Source: Amphiscolops sp. MND2022
Lineage: Eukaryota
Assembly (NCBI GenBank): GCA_964187785.1
Contig: OZ076409.1
Span: 10,976,001-11,040,000 of the forward strand
Reading direction: 5' to 3'
DNA: 64,000 bases
Under the pieces are notes generated by a model. The model was not told where the DNA came from and made no database searches. It saw only the letters and a list, made by a program, of their open reading frames with translations. This document shows positions 24,001 through 35,209 of the stretch, one piece after another. Every line of letters begins with the position of its first letter. Positions within the stretch are counted from its first letter, which is position 1. A program made the translations under genes and the position numbers.

Positions 24001-27000
24001 TATCAGCGCTGAAAAATTTCAGTCAATGAATCAATCTCAATTCTCGTTGGCTGTTTTTAGGAAGCTATGTAAAAAATCAGGTCCAATTTCTGGCACTTGC
24101 AAATTTAGCTCTCGAGTATTTATCTATACCCGGAACAGCCGTACCAAGTGAAAGAGAATGGAGTGACGGAGGTAACATCATTTCCAGTGGGAGGCAAAGT
24201 ATTTCTACAGCAGACTTCAGAATGTTGATTTTTCTCGAAGAAAATCTCATGAAATAATGATTCTTTAACCTTTTCTGAATTCATTGATTTTCACCGCCTT
24301 TTCAATTAATACGCTGTCATTGAGTGATCCTTGACAGAGTTCAAATTTTTCCTTAACCGCATACCCCTATCCTTTTTCCAACCTACGATATCGGCATAAC
24401 TTTCATTTTTGTGGATATCGGCTGTCACAACTTTTGTTTCTGCGAGGTGAAAGTATTGTTGACAATCAATTAGAAAGAAAGCAAAGAGAAATCATTCATT
24501 TGCGTGTTTTGGAAATTTGAATGGAATATTCTAGAGTATTCGATGACCGCAAAAAATCGAGAATTTTCTAGAAAATATTCGAATATTCGAATACGAAAAA
24601 GGTCTTGCTACGAAATTTTGTTTGCAAATATTTACCACTCTGATGCTACTCTTAATGTTTATTTGATTATTGACAAAAATTATATTGATCTTTTTGATGT
24701 TTCATTTGTATTATTCGAAGGTTTTGAAAAACATAGAGCTGTTGTATTTGATTTATATCAGTGGTAAACATAAAATGAAAAACTCTTTGTTTTAAAAACG
24801 AGCTATAGCGATGAAACTTATAGACTTTATAATTATGTCAAAGTGATTGATTTTTGAAAGCCCACGCTTCCAGATCAAACTAGCGTTGAAACATTTTAAA
24901 TTGAAACAAATGGAATTTCTCAAGCGTTTGACATCTTGAAATTCTTAGCAAGAACGTGAAACTTTCCCGCAAGCTTTGACAATCCGGAATTATCCCGATT
25001 AGTCCTGAAACCTTGCCAAGATTCCCGGTGTCTTAGATTTCTTAGCAAAAATCCACAAGCCTGGATTTCTTGACAAGATCTTGAAATTTATTGTTTCTCT
25101 ACAGCGGCTATTCCATCGGACATCGAACGCAATGAATACTATGACACAGACGAGGAGATTCCGACACAAAAAATTGTATCTACTAAGATATAGCCCGCCA
25201 AAGCTTGGAACCTTGGGAAGATTCCCACTGAATCTTGGCAAACTTCCCACATTTTGATTCCGCATAATCCTGTCAAGATCTTGCTAAGAATTCCCAGTTG
25301 TGAGACGCTGTGTCAGGTTTATATTTAGACACTACATTTGTGGAAACTACATTCTAGAAAAAAACATTTAGAAACTACATTCTACCAAAAAAATGATAAA
25401 TGAGAAACGTTAATGGGAAACAATGAAAAAAGAATCAAAAATTTTGTTCCAAAGAAACGAAGATCAAATAGACTGACCACATGAAATTAAATGAATAAAA
25501 TGTTGGAGTGTTTACCGTTCTACATGATACGTCCCCATAATCGTCCCTTTAAACCCTTGAATTCACTTTCATTGTATACACTTCCTCTTGAAATAGAAAT
25601 GTATTTTCATTTTATCACTATTTTAAGAAGGAAATGCAAGGTTTTTATTCGGCGCTTTTTGTGACGACAAAATGCCCAACTCTTACTTTGGCCGTTTTTT
25701 TCTCTTTTCTCTCCAGGCCACAAACCTCACACTGAAATGTCCATTTTTCACAGAATTTCTCTAGGCCTTGCTACCTTACTAGAAAGCAATCTCGGGTGCT
25801 TCCAAAGTGTGCCATAATTATTTTAAAAAATCGTTTGGAAGCTTTGATTTCACTGTTTTTCTCTGGCATTGTGAGTCTTTTACCCAAAATTTTTTGTTGT
25901 CGTCGCAGGATCCTCTCTTTGAATATTTTGATTTTCTGCACCCAACTGGAAGATAAAAGAGCCCAAAGGGTCCTTTTATTCTCCAGTTTTCCCTTTTGCC
26001 TTTTTCGGCACTATGAGACTGTTTCAAATTTCGTGAATTTTTAATAGAAAAACACATTTCATATTTCTAAGCATACTTCAAAAACTGCGCTTTTTGAGCC
26101 TTAGGTATAGCGCCGACTTTAGACGTTCCCGTCTTGTTTTTACGTTTTCCGCTTTAGTTCTCCATGGGCGACAGTTACCCCTCAGCCGAGCCTGCCCACT
26201 TGGCCAAGATGGAGGAGACGGGTCTCAGAGCGGGCTACTTCGACTTGAGGGTGCTGCAGAAGATGAAGTGGGTCGAGTTCTTCTTCACAGAACTGGAAAA
26301 CGAGGACTCTGGAATCAAGTGGCGCTTTGAGCTGTCTGGATGTCAGCCAGACAATGTCGCTCCAGGAAACTATATCAGTATGTGACGTCATCGAAACACA
26401 ATCGTTTCGGAATATCAACTTCAACTAATTTCATCAGTATCTTTTAAATATTTTCTGAATCTTCTAAAGAGTGAAACTCCGATAGTAATTGTTTCCAAAG
26501 TGCACAAAGTCGCAAAGTCATTATCAAGACAGGTGAGTTACAAGAATTTTTTGATCTTGTAAAAAATTTCGTGTCTTCAAACGCCTTTACCAAATTTTAT
26601 TTTGAGAAACAAGCTTCGAAATGTTTTGACAATGATGAAAAACCTCGTTTTATAATGCATGCAGGCTGATTAGGGCAAACTGAATGTGATGATGGGATAA
26701 GATGTGAATTTAATTTCTCCCAATATTTTTTCAGGAGCCTGTGGTCTTGAAATGAACTCAGCGAAGAGGCCGGAATCTTACAAGAGAGGTTTCATCGCAG
26801 ATCCCGACGGCAAAGCTGTTTACGTCTGTGAAGAGAATTTGTTCAAGTAGGTATTAGGGTCAGAAACGTTTCACTTGGATACCAAATTGCGATCTCTACT
26901 GAATCATGACTCCTTTCAGAAACAACGTGATGGAATGCTTCAGAATGCTGATCAAGAATAACAAATACTTGTGGACAAGTGAGCACAGAATATTCAAAAT

Positions 27001-28986
27001 ATTAAAAATCATCTGCTTCTTGGCGTCTTGATACAAATTGGTGACAAGAATACTATGTATTTTTCATCAAACAAGTTTTCGATTAAAAACAACAAGTTCC
27101 ACTGAAGTAAATTTGTCATTGCCGGCATAGTGTGAAGAAAACTTCGGATTTCTGGCCAAGCTGATCATAACGTGCACCATAGATGGTACCATTCAAATAA
27201 AGCAAAATGTATTTCTCTTCTGATATCAGTCCAATAAAGTAGGAGTCAATACGGCCTAAGTTTTGTCTGTTTTTCCACTCCAAGATAACTTTTCTACCAT
27301 ATACATGAAAGAACAAAATATAGTTAAGCTGGAATCATACTGTGTTTATCAGCCTGGTTTTGTAGGGAATGAACACCCGGGAAACGTTATAAGGCTTGCT
27401 TCTATTTTTTTGCTTTTTCCTCTAAAAACAAAATGTATTGTGGTGGGTATCGTGCACAGACAAAAGCGCCCCAGACAAAAGCGCCCCAGTCAAAAGCTCG
27501 CCAATAAAAGCGCTAGCTAAATTTTGAGCTGAGTTCATCTCCTCGAATTAAATATAATTGAAGGTGTTCAAACAAGATAACATTTCATTGGTAATACGTT
27601 GTTTTACATTTTCACACCCAACCAATTCCAATTGAAAACGACCTAAATTGTTAATTATTTAAACGACCTAAATTAATTTCTTTAATAGCAATTTAGTCAA
27701 ATTTTCGCATTTCTGCCAATTAATTTCTTTAGAATCAATTAGTCAAAGCAGAGTTTTAAAATGAAAATCTCAATTATTTAAATGGAGTGAGAAACCTAAA
27801 GTTGTAGCGTTTGATTGGGGCGCTTTTGTCTGATAACCGGATAAAGTTTGTTTGTGCTTCAGAAATGCATGGAAACGTGGCTTCCATTGTGGGGTACCTA
27901 GTCAAGCCGGAGTACCAGCTGTTCGCCGTGGGGCAGAGCCAGAGGACGTATCTGGCATCGAGTGACGTTGGTGATAACTGGATCTCCATACCCACAAGGG
28001 TGGGTAATCACTCCGTGTTCTGCTCTTATGAAGATGATCTTGTACATTTTCAGGGACCATGTGCCTTATTCCCCCGAGCCGTCGCAGGCTGAGGGGGATC
28101 GTGGACGAAAGAAACAAAGTACAAACACCATCATGTCGACATCGCTTGAAATTTTGGACAAATTAAATAAATGATGTCGACATAATCCAATCTTTTACAC
28201 TGATTGACAAATAGGAAATTTCCTATACAATTTTAAATTTTGAGATGTAAATTTTTGCTTTTTTGTCAGAAAAATATCAAAAAATTTGGATAATTTTTAC
28301 TTCAAGTGTCGAATTAACTATAGAGATTATCTTCTAAATATTTATAGCCGTGTCAATTTCTTTCATCTGCCTAGAAGTTTTTCAGGCATAGAAGTTGCTT
28401 TTGTGTAGGGAGAAAGGGAGAAATAAGAAGCAAGGTGTACCTGGGGGAATAGGACATATGGTGCTTTTTCAGTTTTTAAGATCGTAATTAGATTATCAGA
28501 ACAAAAATGTCGAACAGAATGTAAGGTATAGTATACACCAACTCATTTTGCAAATCTTAAAAATTTGCCAAATCCAAATAGATTGAGAATCTGCTGACAA
28601 TTTGTGAATTTTAGCAGGTTATATCTTACAAGTTAGACCATTTTTTATGTCTTTTTATTGTTTTTATAATTTATTCTATTCATGCGCTTAATTGAGCACG
28701 ATCTTTTCGGCTTTTCGGAACTTTTAGGCCCGAAAATCCCGAAAATTATTTATTGGATGTGGCATCAAAATTTTGTTTTCACCAGGACTGGTGGTCCGCC
28801 CGTGCACAGAGTTCATTGAAGTTCAAAGCGGCCAAAAGGATGCCGAATGTGCTGCCGCTGAAACATTTGGACGACGAGTCCTATGATTGGTCGAAGTTGC
28901 AAGACTCTTGGTACAACGCTGACACTTTCAGAGGTTACTATCATGAACAAACTTCACTTACCGACAGTGAATTAGGTCGCTTGTAA
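1..28986 (+). CDS. Multi-exon host gene (5' part outside window) encoding a discoidin/F5-8 type C-like domain protein. Exons: <1-64, 18121-18334, 22967-23160, 26158-26377, 26735-26846, 26920-26978, 27863-27999, 28786-28986 (3' end uncertain; alternative donor after 28933)
   Basis: All introns are GT-AG and the phases chain consistently (0,1,0,1,2,1,0). Translation contains SKFRLRYSLDDEGQFWRPY and WRFELSGC (F5/8C-like motifs) and SSDVGDNW (Asp-box-like SxDxGxxW). Confidence 0.75.
945..1030. repeat. Short degenerate tandem repeat, unit ~14 bp (ttttcgacgagctg)
   Basis: About six imperfect copies visible directly. Confidence 0.7.
1087..1270 (+). mobile_element. Non-autonomous HINE/Helentron-like element, family A
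   Basis: Starts acaagacgcccgctaagcaccggg; subterminal inverted repeats tattttccgc / gcggaaaata; internal atagtcaagtaa repeats; small 3' hairpin. Related copies at ~33390, ~38310, ~45205, ~49268, ~54187, ~57625. Confidence 0.6.
1725..3447 (+). repeat. 5' LTR (1,723 bp)
   Basis: About 99% identical to 15989-17711 (about 16 substitutions by manual comparison); TG...CA ends. Confidence 0.97.
3448..3459 (+). promoter_or_regulatory. Primer-binding site, probably tRNA-Leu
   Basis: TGGTGACAGGAG immediately after the LTR end; one mismatch to the typical tRNA-Leu PBS TGGTGTCAGGAG. tRNA identity is an inference. Confidence 0.7.
4565..4571 (+). promoter_or_regulatory. -1 ribosomal frameshift slippery site A AAA AAC (gag-pol)
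   Basis: X XXY YYZ heptamer directly before the gag TAA; the -1 frame is open from here into the protease ORF (KLTSPRLQYNELISVRQ...LMGYP). Confidence 0.75.
4572..9765 (+). pseudogene. pol: pol polyprotein (protease, RT, RNase H, integrase) with a stop at 5732-5734 and frameshifts near 6905, 7105, 8110 and 9610
   Basis: LIDTGA protease; LDCSQAY and YVDD RT; TDAS, TDNKA, ADYLSR RNase H; H..H..CEQC zinc-binding domain, D/TDKG/LER catalytic triad and WVGPF (GPY/F) in integrase; C-terminus KYNLRPNPNPNYSEDYRY* ends at 9765. Confidence 0.95.
9994..14246 (-). CDS. Antisense spliced accessory gene of the retrotransposon: ~1,300-aa BED-type zinc finger / hAT-transposase-like protein. Exons 14246-12227 (one frameshift near 12980), 12127-11642, 11556-11422, 11311-11230, 11156-9994
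   Basis: Four GT-AG introns of 99, 85, 110 and 73 bp join five ORF segments in frame (phases 0,0,0,1). WCHMC-x15-HHRTEKH finger. The exon 3 donor (GTTATG) is the least certain junction. Confidence 0.8.
14247..15306. promoter_or_regulatory. Putative bidirectional internal promoter region
   Basis: Non-coding gap between divergent ATGs at 14246 (-) and 15307 (+); CCAAT-type boxes ctgattggc (~14935) and ccaatc (~15099). Inference only. Confidence 0.4.
15307..16077 (+). CDS. Uncharacterised 256-aa accessory ORF with an acidic N-terminus and CxxCxxC motif; last 89 bp lie inside the 3' LTR
   Basis: Intact ATG-TAA ORF; SSDEETSEGWDSDWSTDTEE and RCTSCMVCG; no signal peptide or transmembrane segment apparent. 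Confidence 0.7.
   Translation: MEKFNKARKLFGSLDFSSDSSNNSVIYISSDEETSEGWDSDWSTDTEELVRRVETQVQARPIPIAGRKLTMASDEPGPSTVPPNMQTTPKLDKKYFDEKLCYAPTRGNTKRRIELCKTILPVLESPLSPPAHERGPSMHTPLLQPENSGFHASFHIQNALPYTDISTQRCTSCMVCGKSVDEIKAIKVTRYMEASTPRSEPAYITALRKEAYINGLNAGSLLFIAPAVSQAAASDGTRISTTAVGQDVAPGTLPIY
15989..17711 (+). repeat. 3' LTR (1,723 bp)
   Basis: Direct repeat of 1725-3447; TATATATA at 16988-16995; AATAAA at 16295-16300; intact copy of the gag N-terminus from 17126. Confidence 0.97.
18349..18814. mobile_element. MITE family with GGACC...GGTCC termini and internal tgtcgaca motifs
   Basis: Homologous copies at ~19540-19958, ~28053-28460, ~45598-46000 and 50547-50992; the last has clear TIRs ggaccatgacatctat / atagatgacatggtcc. 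Confidence 0.6.
20015..20838. mobile_element. MITE with CCCAGTGTAAAA terminal inverted repeats and caagaatcttg-rich arms
   Basis: cccagtgtaaaaaatcttgaaa... pairs with ...ttcaagatattttacactggg; related copies at ~52690-53010 and an end at ~630-654. Confidence 0.7.
22270..22912 (+). mobile_element. Non-autonomous HINE/Helitron-like element, family B
   Basis: Begins aacaagccggga..., ends ...cgccgactaaaaa after an agtcg/cgact hairpin; copies at ~40117-40610 (+), ~25620-26137, ~44480-44824 and ~49990-50240 (-). Confidence 0.6.
23939..24369 (+). mobile_element. Internally deleted hAT DNA transposon
   Basis: 17-bp TIRs taggggtgtgcgattaa / ttaaccgcataccccta; 8-bp TSD tccttttt (23931-23938, 24370-24377); residual frame LALEYLSIPGTAVPSEREWSDGGNII...MLIFLEENLMK* matches the hAT C-terminal dimerisation domain. 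Confidence 0.9.
27451..27839. mobile_element. MITE-like element with cagacaaaagcgcccc terminal repeats
   Basis: 16-bp units at the left end, inverted unit at the right end; relatives at ~30913, 39706-40704 and ~56727. Confidence 0.6.
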
Positions 28987-31900
28987 GCGAAAGTGACGTA
29001 TTATGCAAACAAGCGCCGACAGCGAAAGCGACAACTGAAATTTGCGCTTTCTGATTTGTCTAGTTTTAGCTATTTTAGTGACAAAAAGGCACCCACTCTT
29101 AACAGTGGCCAGTTTTTTTGTTTCACCTTTCTTTTCTCTTTTGTGGTGGTAGTTTGATGACAAAAGGTAGTAAGAAATCAAGTTCGAAATTTTGTCAAGA
29201 AATTGCAGCTTCCCATGTTGAACACTCCCTGCGAATCTGTACAGATCTGCACAGATCCTGACAGATATTCCAGGATTGTTCGAAAATTGAATAGTCATAA
29301 ATTCAGTTTTCGAAAAAAAAATTAGTTGGTTAAAAAGTGCTCTACGAAGAAAAACACACCTCTTATTTGAAGTTTCAAAAAAGTTTCTGTGCGAATCTGT
29401 ACAGATCTGTACAGATCCTTGTAGATATTCCAGGATTTGTTAAAAATTAACCATACCAATAAATTACCATAACGTATTCCGAGTTTCCAGCAATTACTAA
29501 AACTATTCCACCAAATTATGTTTCCGAAATATTACAACCACAGCACTCTATCAACACCTCTACCAACCCAGAAGGTTGTCACATGTCAAATTTCATCCAT
29601 CAAAACGAAGTCAATATGGCAAACGAGCCTCTCAAAGTTGAAAAACCACTTCTGGAAAGTTCAAGTGAAATGGATAAATTACAGTGTATAACCAACACCG
29701 AACATTCCCCAGACACCAAATTTACCGTGATGGGGACAAGATATCCTGCTCAAGAATTTTGAGTGATGGAGTGTTTCAACTGACTGAGCCTTGGTCAGCA
29801 AAAATATATACTGAAGAAGCTAAAAAATGAAATTCATAGTTTCACTAGAAAAAATTTCCTGAGAAATATGTACAGAAAATCTTTGAACATCTGTAAAGAT
29901 CCTTGCAGATCTGCAGTTGTCCTTACGTAGCAGTGGCACGATCTTTACAGATCCTCAAGGAAAATTGGCTCACAGATCTTTACAGATTCTCAAGGAAAGC
30001 TCAACATGGGTTCTGAAACTTCATTTCACTGTGCCGAAATTTTCTTCCAAAAAGCGCCGCTTGAACGTAAGTGGGCCAGTCACAAGCGAACAAGCGGCAA
30101 AACCTAAATCGCTGCTTACCGATCTTTTTTCGATGCATCAACAAAAGCAAACACTGCTCACATTTTTTTCTCTTGCTTCTTTTTTATTATGATTTCAAGT
30201 ATTTTTCAAAAAATGCCAAATTGTTCACATCAGATGAAAAAAGCTACTTTTCACATGTGAATTGTTATTACCTACTCTGACTCTTTTCCAGGAACGTTTT
30301 AAGCTTTCAGACTTCTGACGTCATGCATAATTTAGACCGATGCTTATGAAAATACTTTGAGTGTTTAACTCGAAATTTCCATAAACCAAATTAGTTCAAA
30401 AAAGCCTGAAAACTTTGCAGAATCCTGAACATTGAAGCACTTTACGAAAACAGTGGTTTTCCAGCGCAGAACCAGAAGCGAACTTTTTTCATTTGACCAA
30501 AGTTGGCATGTTTCAGCAAACCACACGGGCATATACCATAAGGTTGATTCCGCGGCTCCTTGGATCCTGGTTTACAATTGGGGAAAAATTTGCTGCTCAC
30601 AGTGAAAATCTTCCAAACATTCCCGAAATTGCGTTAAAATTAGTGTGCCTGTTTGAGAGAATGTTACAATTAAAGTTTGCAAACAAAAATAAGAGTGATT
30701 CGTACTATATTTTTGTGAATATTAAACGAATCTGTATATGCGATTTGAGAATCAAATATTTTTTTTGTAATTTCACAGTGTCTACGTCTTGAAAGTACCT
30801 AGGCCTAGTTTGAGAAAATGTTTCTTCTTTGCAAGGATTCTGCAAGACCTAGCAAAGTAATGCATGTTCGTTCAAAAACATGGAAGAATCTTCGATAATC
30901 TTTGCATAAAATCGTGTACAGACAAAAGGGCCCCAGTCAAAAGCTCCCCAATGCAAAACGTCGCACTAATTTTTGAGTTGATTTCTGATCCTCTAATAAA
31001 ACTTTATTGAAGGTGTTCAAAGACAAGGTTAACCCTCTGGTAATGCCAGATTTGACATTTTCACACCTAACAAATCTCAATTGAAAACTGCTAATTTTGG
31101 CATTTCTGAACGAACGATATCAATTTGTCAATATGTGCTCAAAACGTTTTGATGTAAGAGGACTCGGAATGAAGAAGAATTCCGAAAAAAGAATGGGGCT
31201 TACCTTGAAATGAACAGATGAACAGATGTGATTTGAATTTCCTGATCTCGTCAGCTCGATTGTAAAATTAAAAATTGGTTCCTTTTCGTGGAACTATTTT
31301 CTGGAAATCTGGTAAAATTCAACTGTAAAACATTTTTAATGCCAAAAACCAACCTGGCAAACTTCTGGATTGAGATGTTTTAAAAATCAGCTCAAGTATC
31401 ATTTTATGACCGCTAGAGGGCCATTGCAACAATAATTCTCGCTTAAATTAACACAGTGCAGTGCTATCTCGTCAAATGTGAAGATACGGGGTCTCACACG
31501 TTCGAAATTATAAAAGTTGCGCAAGTTGAAAGTTCAAATGACATGGGAATGATTTCGACAGCTAGCCAAACAGTTTCATACTTCCTTTGCACAACTTAAA
31601 CGATTAAAAACGGCCTGGATGATCTCAATGAGTTTAATTCAGTCTCAAACTACCGACACTCCATAACTTTTCTTTGCCAGCTGCACCTGCAGGCCAAGAG
31701 AATTGAACCAATTGTTGAAGTATTATTTTAATTTTAAATTGTTCTGATAGTCTTGTAACCACATGGCCAGACTTGCCCACAACATTTGCTGCAAGACAAT
31801 CTGTTGACTGTAGAACTCCACTTCACGTATGAGTCCAAATCGGCGCGATTGAATCAAGTCGGCTGACATCCTGACAGTTGCGTTTGAATGCACCTAAATG

Positions 31901-32080
31901 TAATAATGTAAAGACGAGCATTATCCCATCATACTGTTGGAGAAGTAATTTAACCGACACAGTTTTTGAAATGAGCTTTTTGCTCCTCCGAAAAATCGAG
32001 ATTGCAAAACGTATTGGTACCGACTCATAATTATATGGAGGTCATGTTTTCCATGCCTAGAGCTGCATTTGGGAGTTCCA

Positions 32081-33046
32081 GCCCGGGTTGACTCTCTTAC
32101 TAGCATCTTGGCTGTCTTGGCAAGATCTTACCAAATTCTTACTACATCTTGGCAACCATGGAACCCATGGCAAGATTTTTATTAAGATCTTACTAAAATA
32201 ATACATTATTCCAAGATCGTATCTTGTCACGAGGGACAAAATTCTAAAATTATAAAACACTATACCTTCGGTACAAGCAGCCAAGACTCTATCTAAAGGC
32301 TAATTTCACCCAACAACGACTATTCCTTCTCGATTTCATAATCAAAATGCTTCAATCCGCTGAAATAAATTTGCATGCGAAAATGTGAGAGAAATTACGA
32401 TAACGTGTTCTGGCTTCCAATATTCTGACGAGAATCCTAATAACTCCTCACCTGTTTAAAACTGGAAAATGCGAATGTACCAAATGGAAGCTCATTTCAG
32501 GGACTTTTGTAAACTTGTAACGTATCACTCCTGTCGATTCCAGATACAGAGACTAATGCTCTTAAACGTCCAGAGCCACTATCGGAAAGTTACACGGGGA
32601 ATTATTAGAAATCCGGAAGTTTTTCAAATTCATATCCCCAGCCTTCTTTGAGCCTGTTTCAGCAGTCCTATTACTACTCGAAACGGCGGTCATTGCCCCC
32701 TTTTGGGAAGGATTCAGCTCGAGGCTTTTCTGATGCCGCTATTGGCGACGGTTTTGCTATTGATAGAACAACTTAATCAGTGTCTCCCTAAATATACAGC
32801 ATAAGCACTCTTCAATTAACTTTTAAACCTTGCTAACAGAAAATTGTCAAAACTAACAACGTAAATCTGCATAGATGTATGTTTTTGTTGACTTTGTTTC
32901 AGATCTTTCCTGCTCAAATAGGATTTTACAATAAAATTTTTCTTGCGAACATGGCTCTCTTGATAAGATCTTACCATGACATCTTGCAATTCTTGGCAAT
33001 ATCTTGCCAAGATCTTACCAAGATATCCATGGAGGGTCGACCCGGG
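32081..33046. mobile_element. ~1-kb non-autonomous TIR element
   Basis: Termini cccgggttgac / gtcgacccggg; second copy in opposite orientation at ~47184-48030. Confidence 0.7.
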
Positions 33047-34735
33047 AGGTTGATAGCGGTTTTCCATGATACACTTTCGACATTCCTTTCCCACGGGGGC
33101 ATTTCTGTTTTCTGGACGTCAATGTCCCTTTTATCACAGAGATGGATCATTTTCGGATTACAAATCAGATGACTTGCGATCATCTTGTAAAATCGCTTTC
33201 GCTTTGCAACAGTTTCTTCTTGCCGATCAGTCTTTTTTGGCTGTCGATTGTTTCATCACCAGTCCGGATGCATTCTATTAAATTCGTAAGTCGTTCCGCC
33301 AATTCTCTGTTTCTCCCAGGAAAGTCTCGATATCGAAGGGGCAGACATTTTTCGCTGTCCACGATTTGTTAGTTACGGAGTACACAAAAAACAAGACAAC
33401 CGCTAAGCAGCGGAATATTTTTCGCGGCTCTTCTGGCAAAAAAAAAGTTTGCCAAAGGAGAGGATCGAACCCACGACCTCTGACCTACTGGCTGGGAAAC
33501 ACGAAAAAATTTCAAGCACCAGCCCGGGTTCGAACCCACGACCTACTGGCTGGGAAAGCAATAAGTGAAGTGCACTTCACTCGATGGAGTGGAGATAAAG
33601 TGGAGTTTTGTCAGAATTTGTAAAAAAAACGCGTCACAGATCATGACTTGCCTCCCCCATTTATGTGGGCGCAAAATAATAATTTGACTGAAACAAGATA
33701 CGGAAAATAAACGACATATTCCTCTCTCCTCTTCGTTCTCCCATTTAACTGCAATCTTGAGTTCATCATTCATTTATGAAACACAGTTGTACTTTAAAAC
33801 CCGACTTAAGTTTAGGAACTTAAAAACCCGTAAAATAAATTGAGGCATTTGGAGTCATTTGTGCTTTAAAGACCCAACTATAAACTAGGTAAATGTAATC
33901 ACAGACAAAAGAAAGCCTTGGATAGAAATATACAGCCTCAAGTTCAATCTTTCAGACATCGAATACTCATCCCGCCAAGAGAACATATTTGTAGCGCTTT
34001 GTTAGGTAAACCGAAATTCATGTGCTGTCAGTTAACAATACGTAATTACGTAATTTTGTTGATCTTGAAAAACCGTCCAATCACGTGCTGCGACGCGACT
34101 CTACTATGCGGCGAGTCATCATTCAATAGTCTTCGTACATCGATTCTACGCTAAGAAATATATAATCCCAAATGACTGGTATTGTAAAAGCCCAATAATT
34201 CAAATACACTTAAACAATTCAAATACGCTCTAGGCTGAAATTCAAGTCGAAGTTTTTTGCTCTAAAACTTGACGCTCTTTCTGAGTTTGCACTTACGTTC
34301 TGCGACACATATCGGAAAAAATCGTAACTTCGAATGACGGTGCTCCAGGGAAACCTATGAAACTAGATCAAGGAAGAAAGCTAAAACACTAATAAAAAAT
34401 AACGAGATGCAGTGGCGCTGCGAAAAGTTTGGGTTCTTTTTCAGGAGGTCATTAGGAATAATTACAAAACTTACAAAACTAATTTCTTCGAAAACTAAAA
34501 GACACGGGATAGTCTCATACTTGATCAGCTCATCCTTTTTTCCTTCAAATGACCTAAGTTGAGAAAAGTATGAAAACATGTTTTACAATAACCAATTTTC
34601 CAAACGATCAAAGGTTGGAAAACGAATGAAATACCTAGTTTACTCTTTTCAAGATAAAATAAAATGAATAAAAAAACGTTAACAATTTGAACATTGTGTT
34701 TTTTTCATCGATATGAAAATCCGAATTCGTTCCAT

Positions 34736-35209
34736 CGGTTCTAGGACAATACGCCCAAAGACATTACGCCCAAGGACATTACGCCCAAGGACATTACGCC
34801 CAAGAAAATTACGCCCAAACGGAAATTACGCACAATGAAATTAAGCTATTCGAAGCGAATAACAGCAATTTTTTTCAGGTTATTATTTGAAGAGGTTTAA
34901 AAATTTGTTGTATGGCTCGGTCGCTTCGCTCCCTTCGCCAAGTAGCAACATTGAGGCATGGCCATATGGCACGTCGCTCCGCTTCGCTTCGCTCCTGCAT
35001 TTAGGGCACTAGAAGTATGTGAGCATAGCTGATTACATTATCGTAATTTCCTTGGGCGTAATTTACGTTTGGGCGTAATGTCCGCTTTGAGCATAATGTC
35101 CTTGGGCGTAATGTCCTTGGGCGTAATGTCCTTGGGCGTAATGTCCTTGGGCGTAATGTCCTTGGGCGTAATGTCCTTGGGCGTAATGTCCTTGGGCGTA
35201 ATGACACCG
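34736..35209. mobile_element. Foldback-like MITE whose arms are 15-bp tandem arrays (ggacattacgcccaa)n / (ttgggcgtaatgtcc)n
   Basis: CGGT...ACCG termini; 6-bp TSD ttccat at 34730-34735 and 35210-35215. Confidence 0.85.

Noticed and set aside
28054..28092. Possible terminal exon after tttcag
   Set aside because: Sequence is the terminus of the GGACC MITE family; the exon at 28786 fits phase and looks coding.
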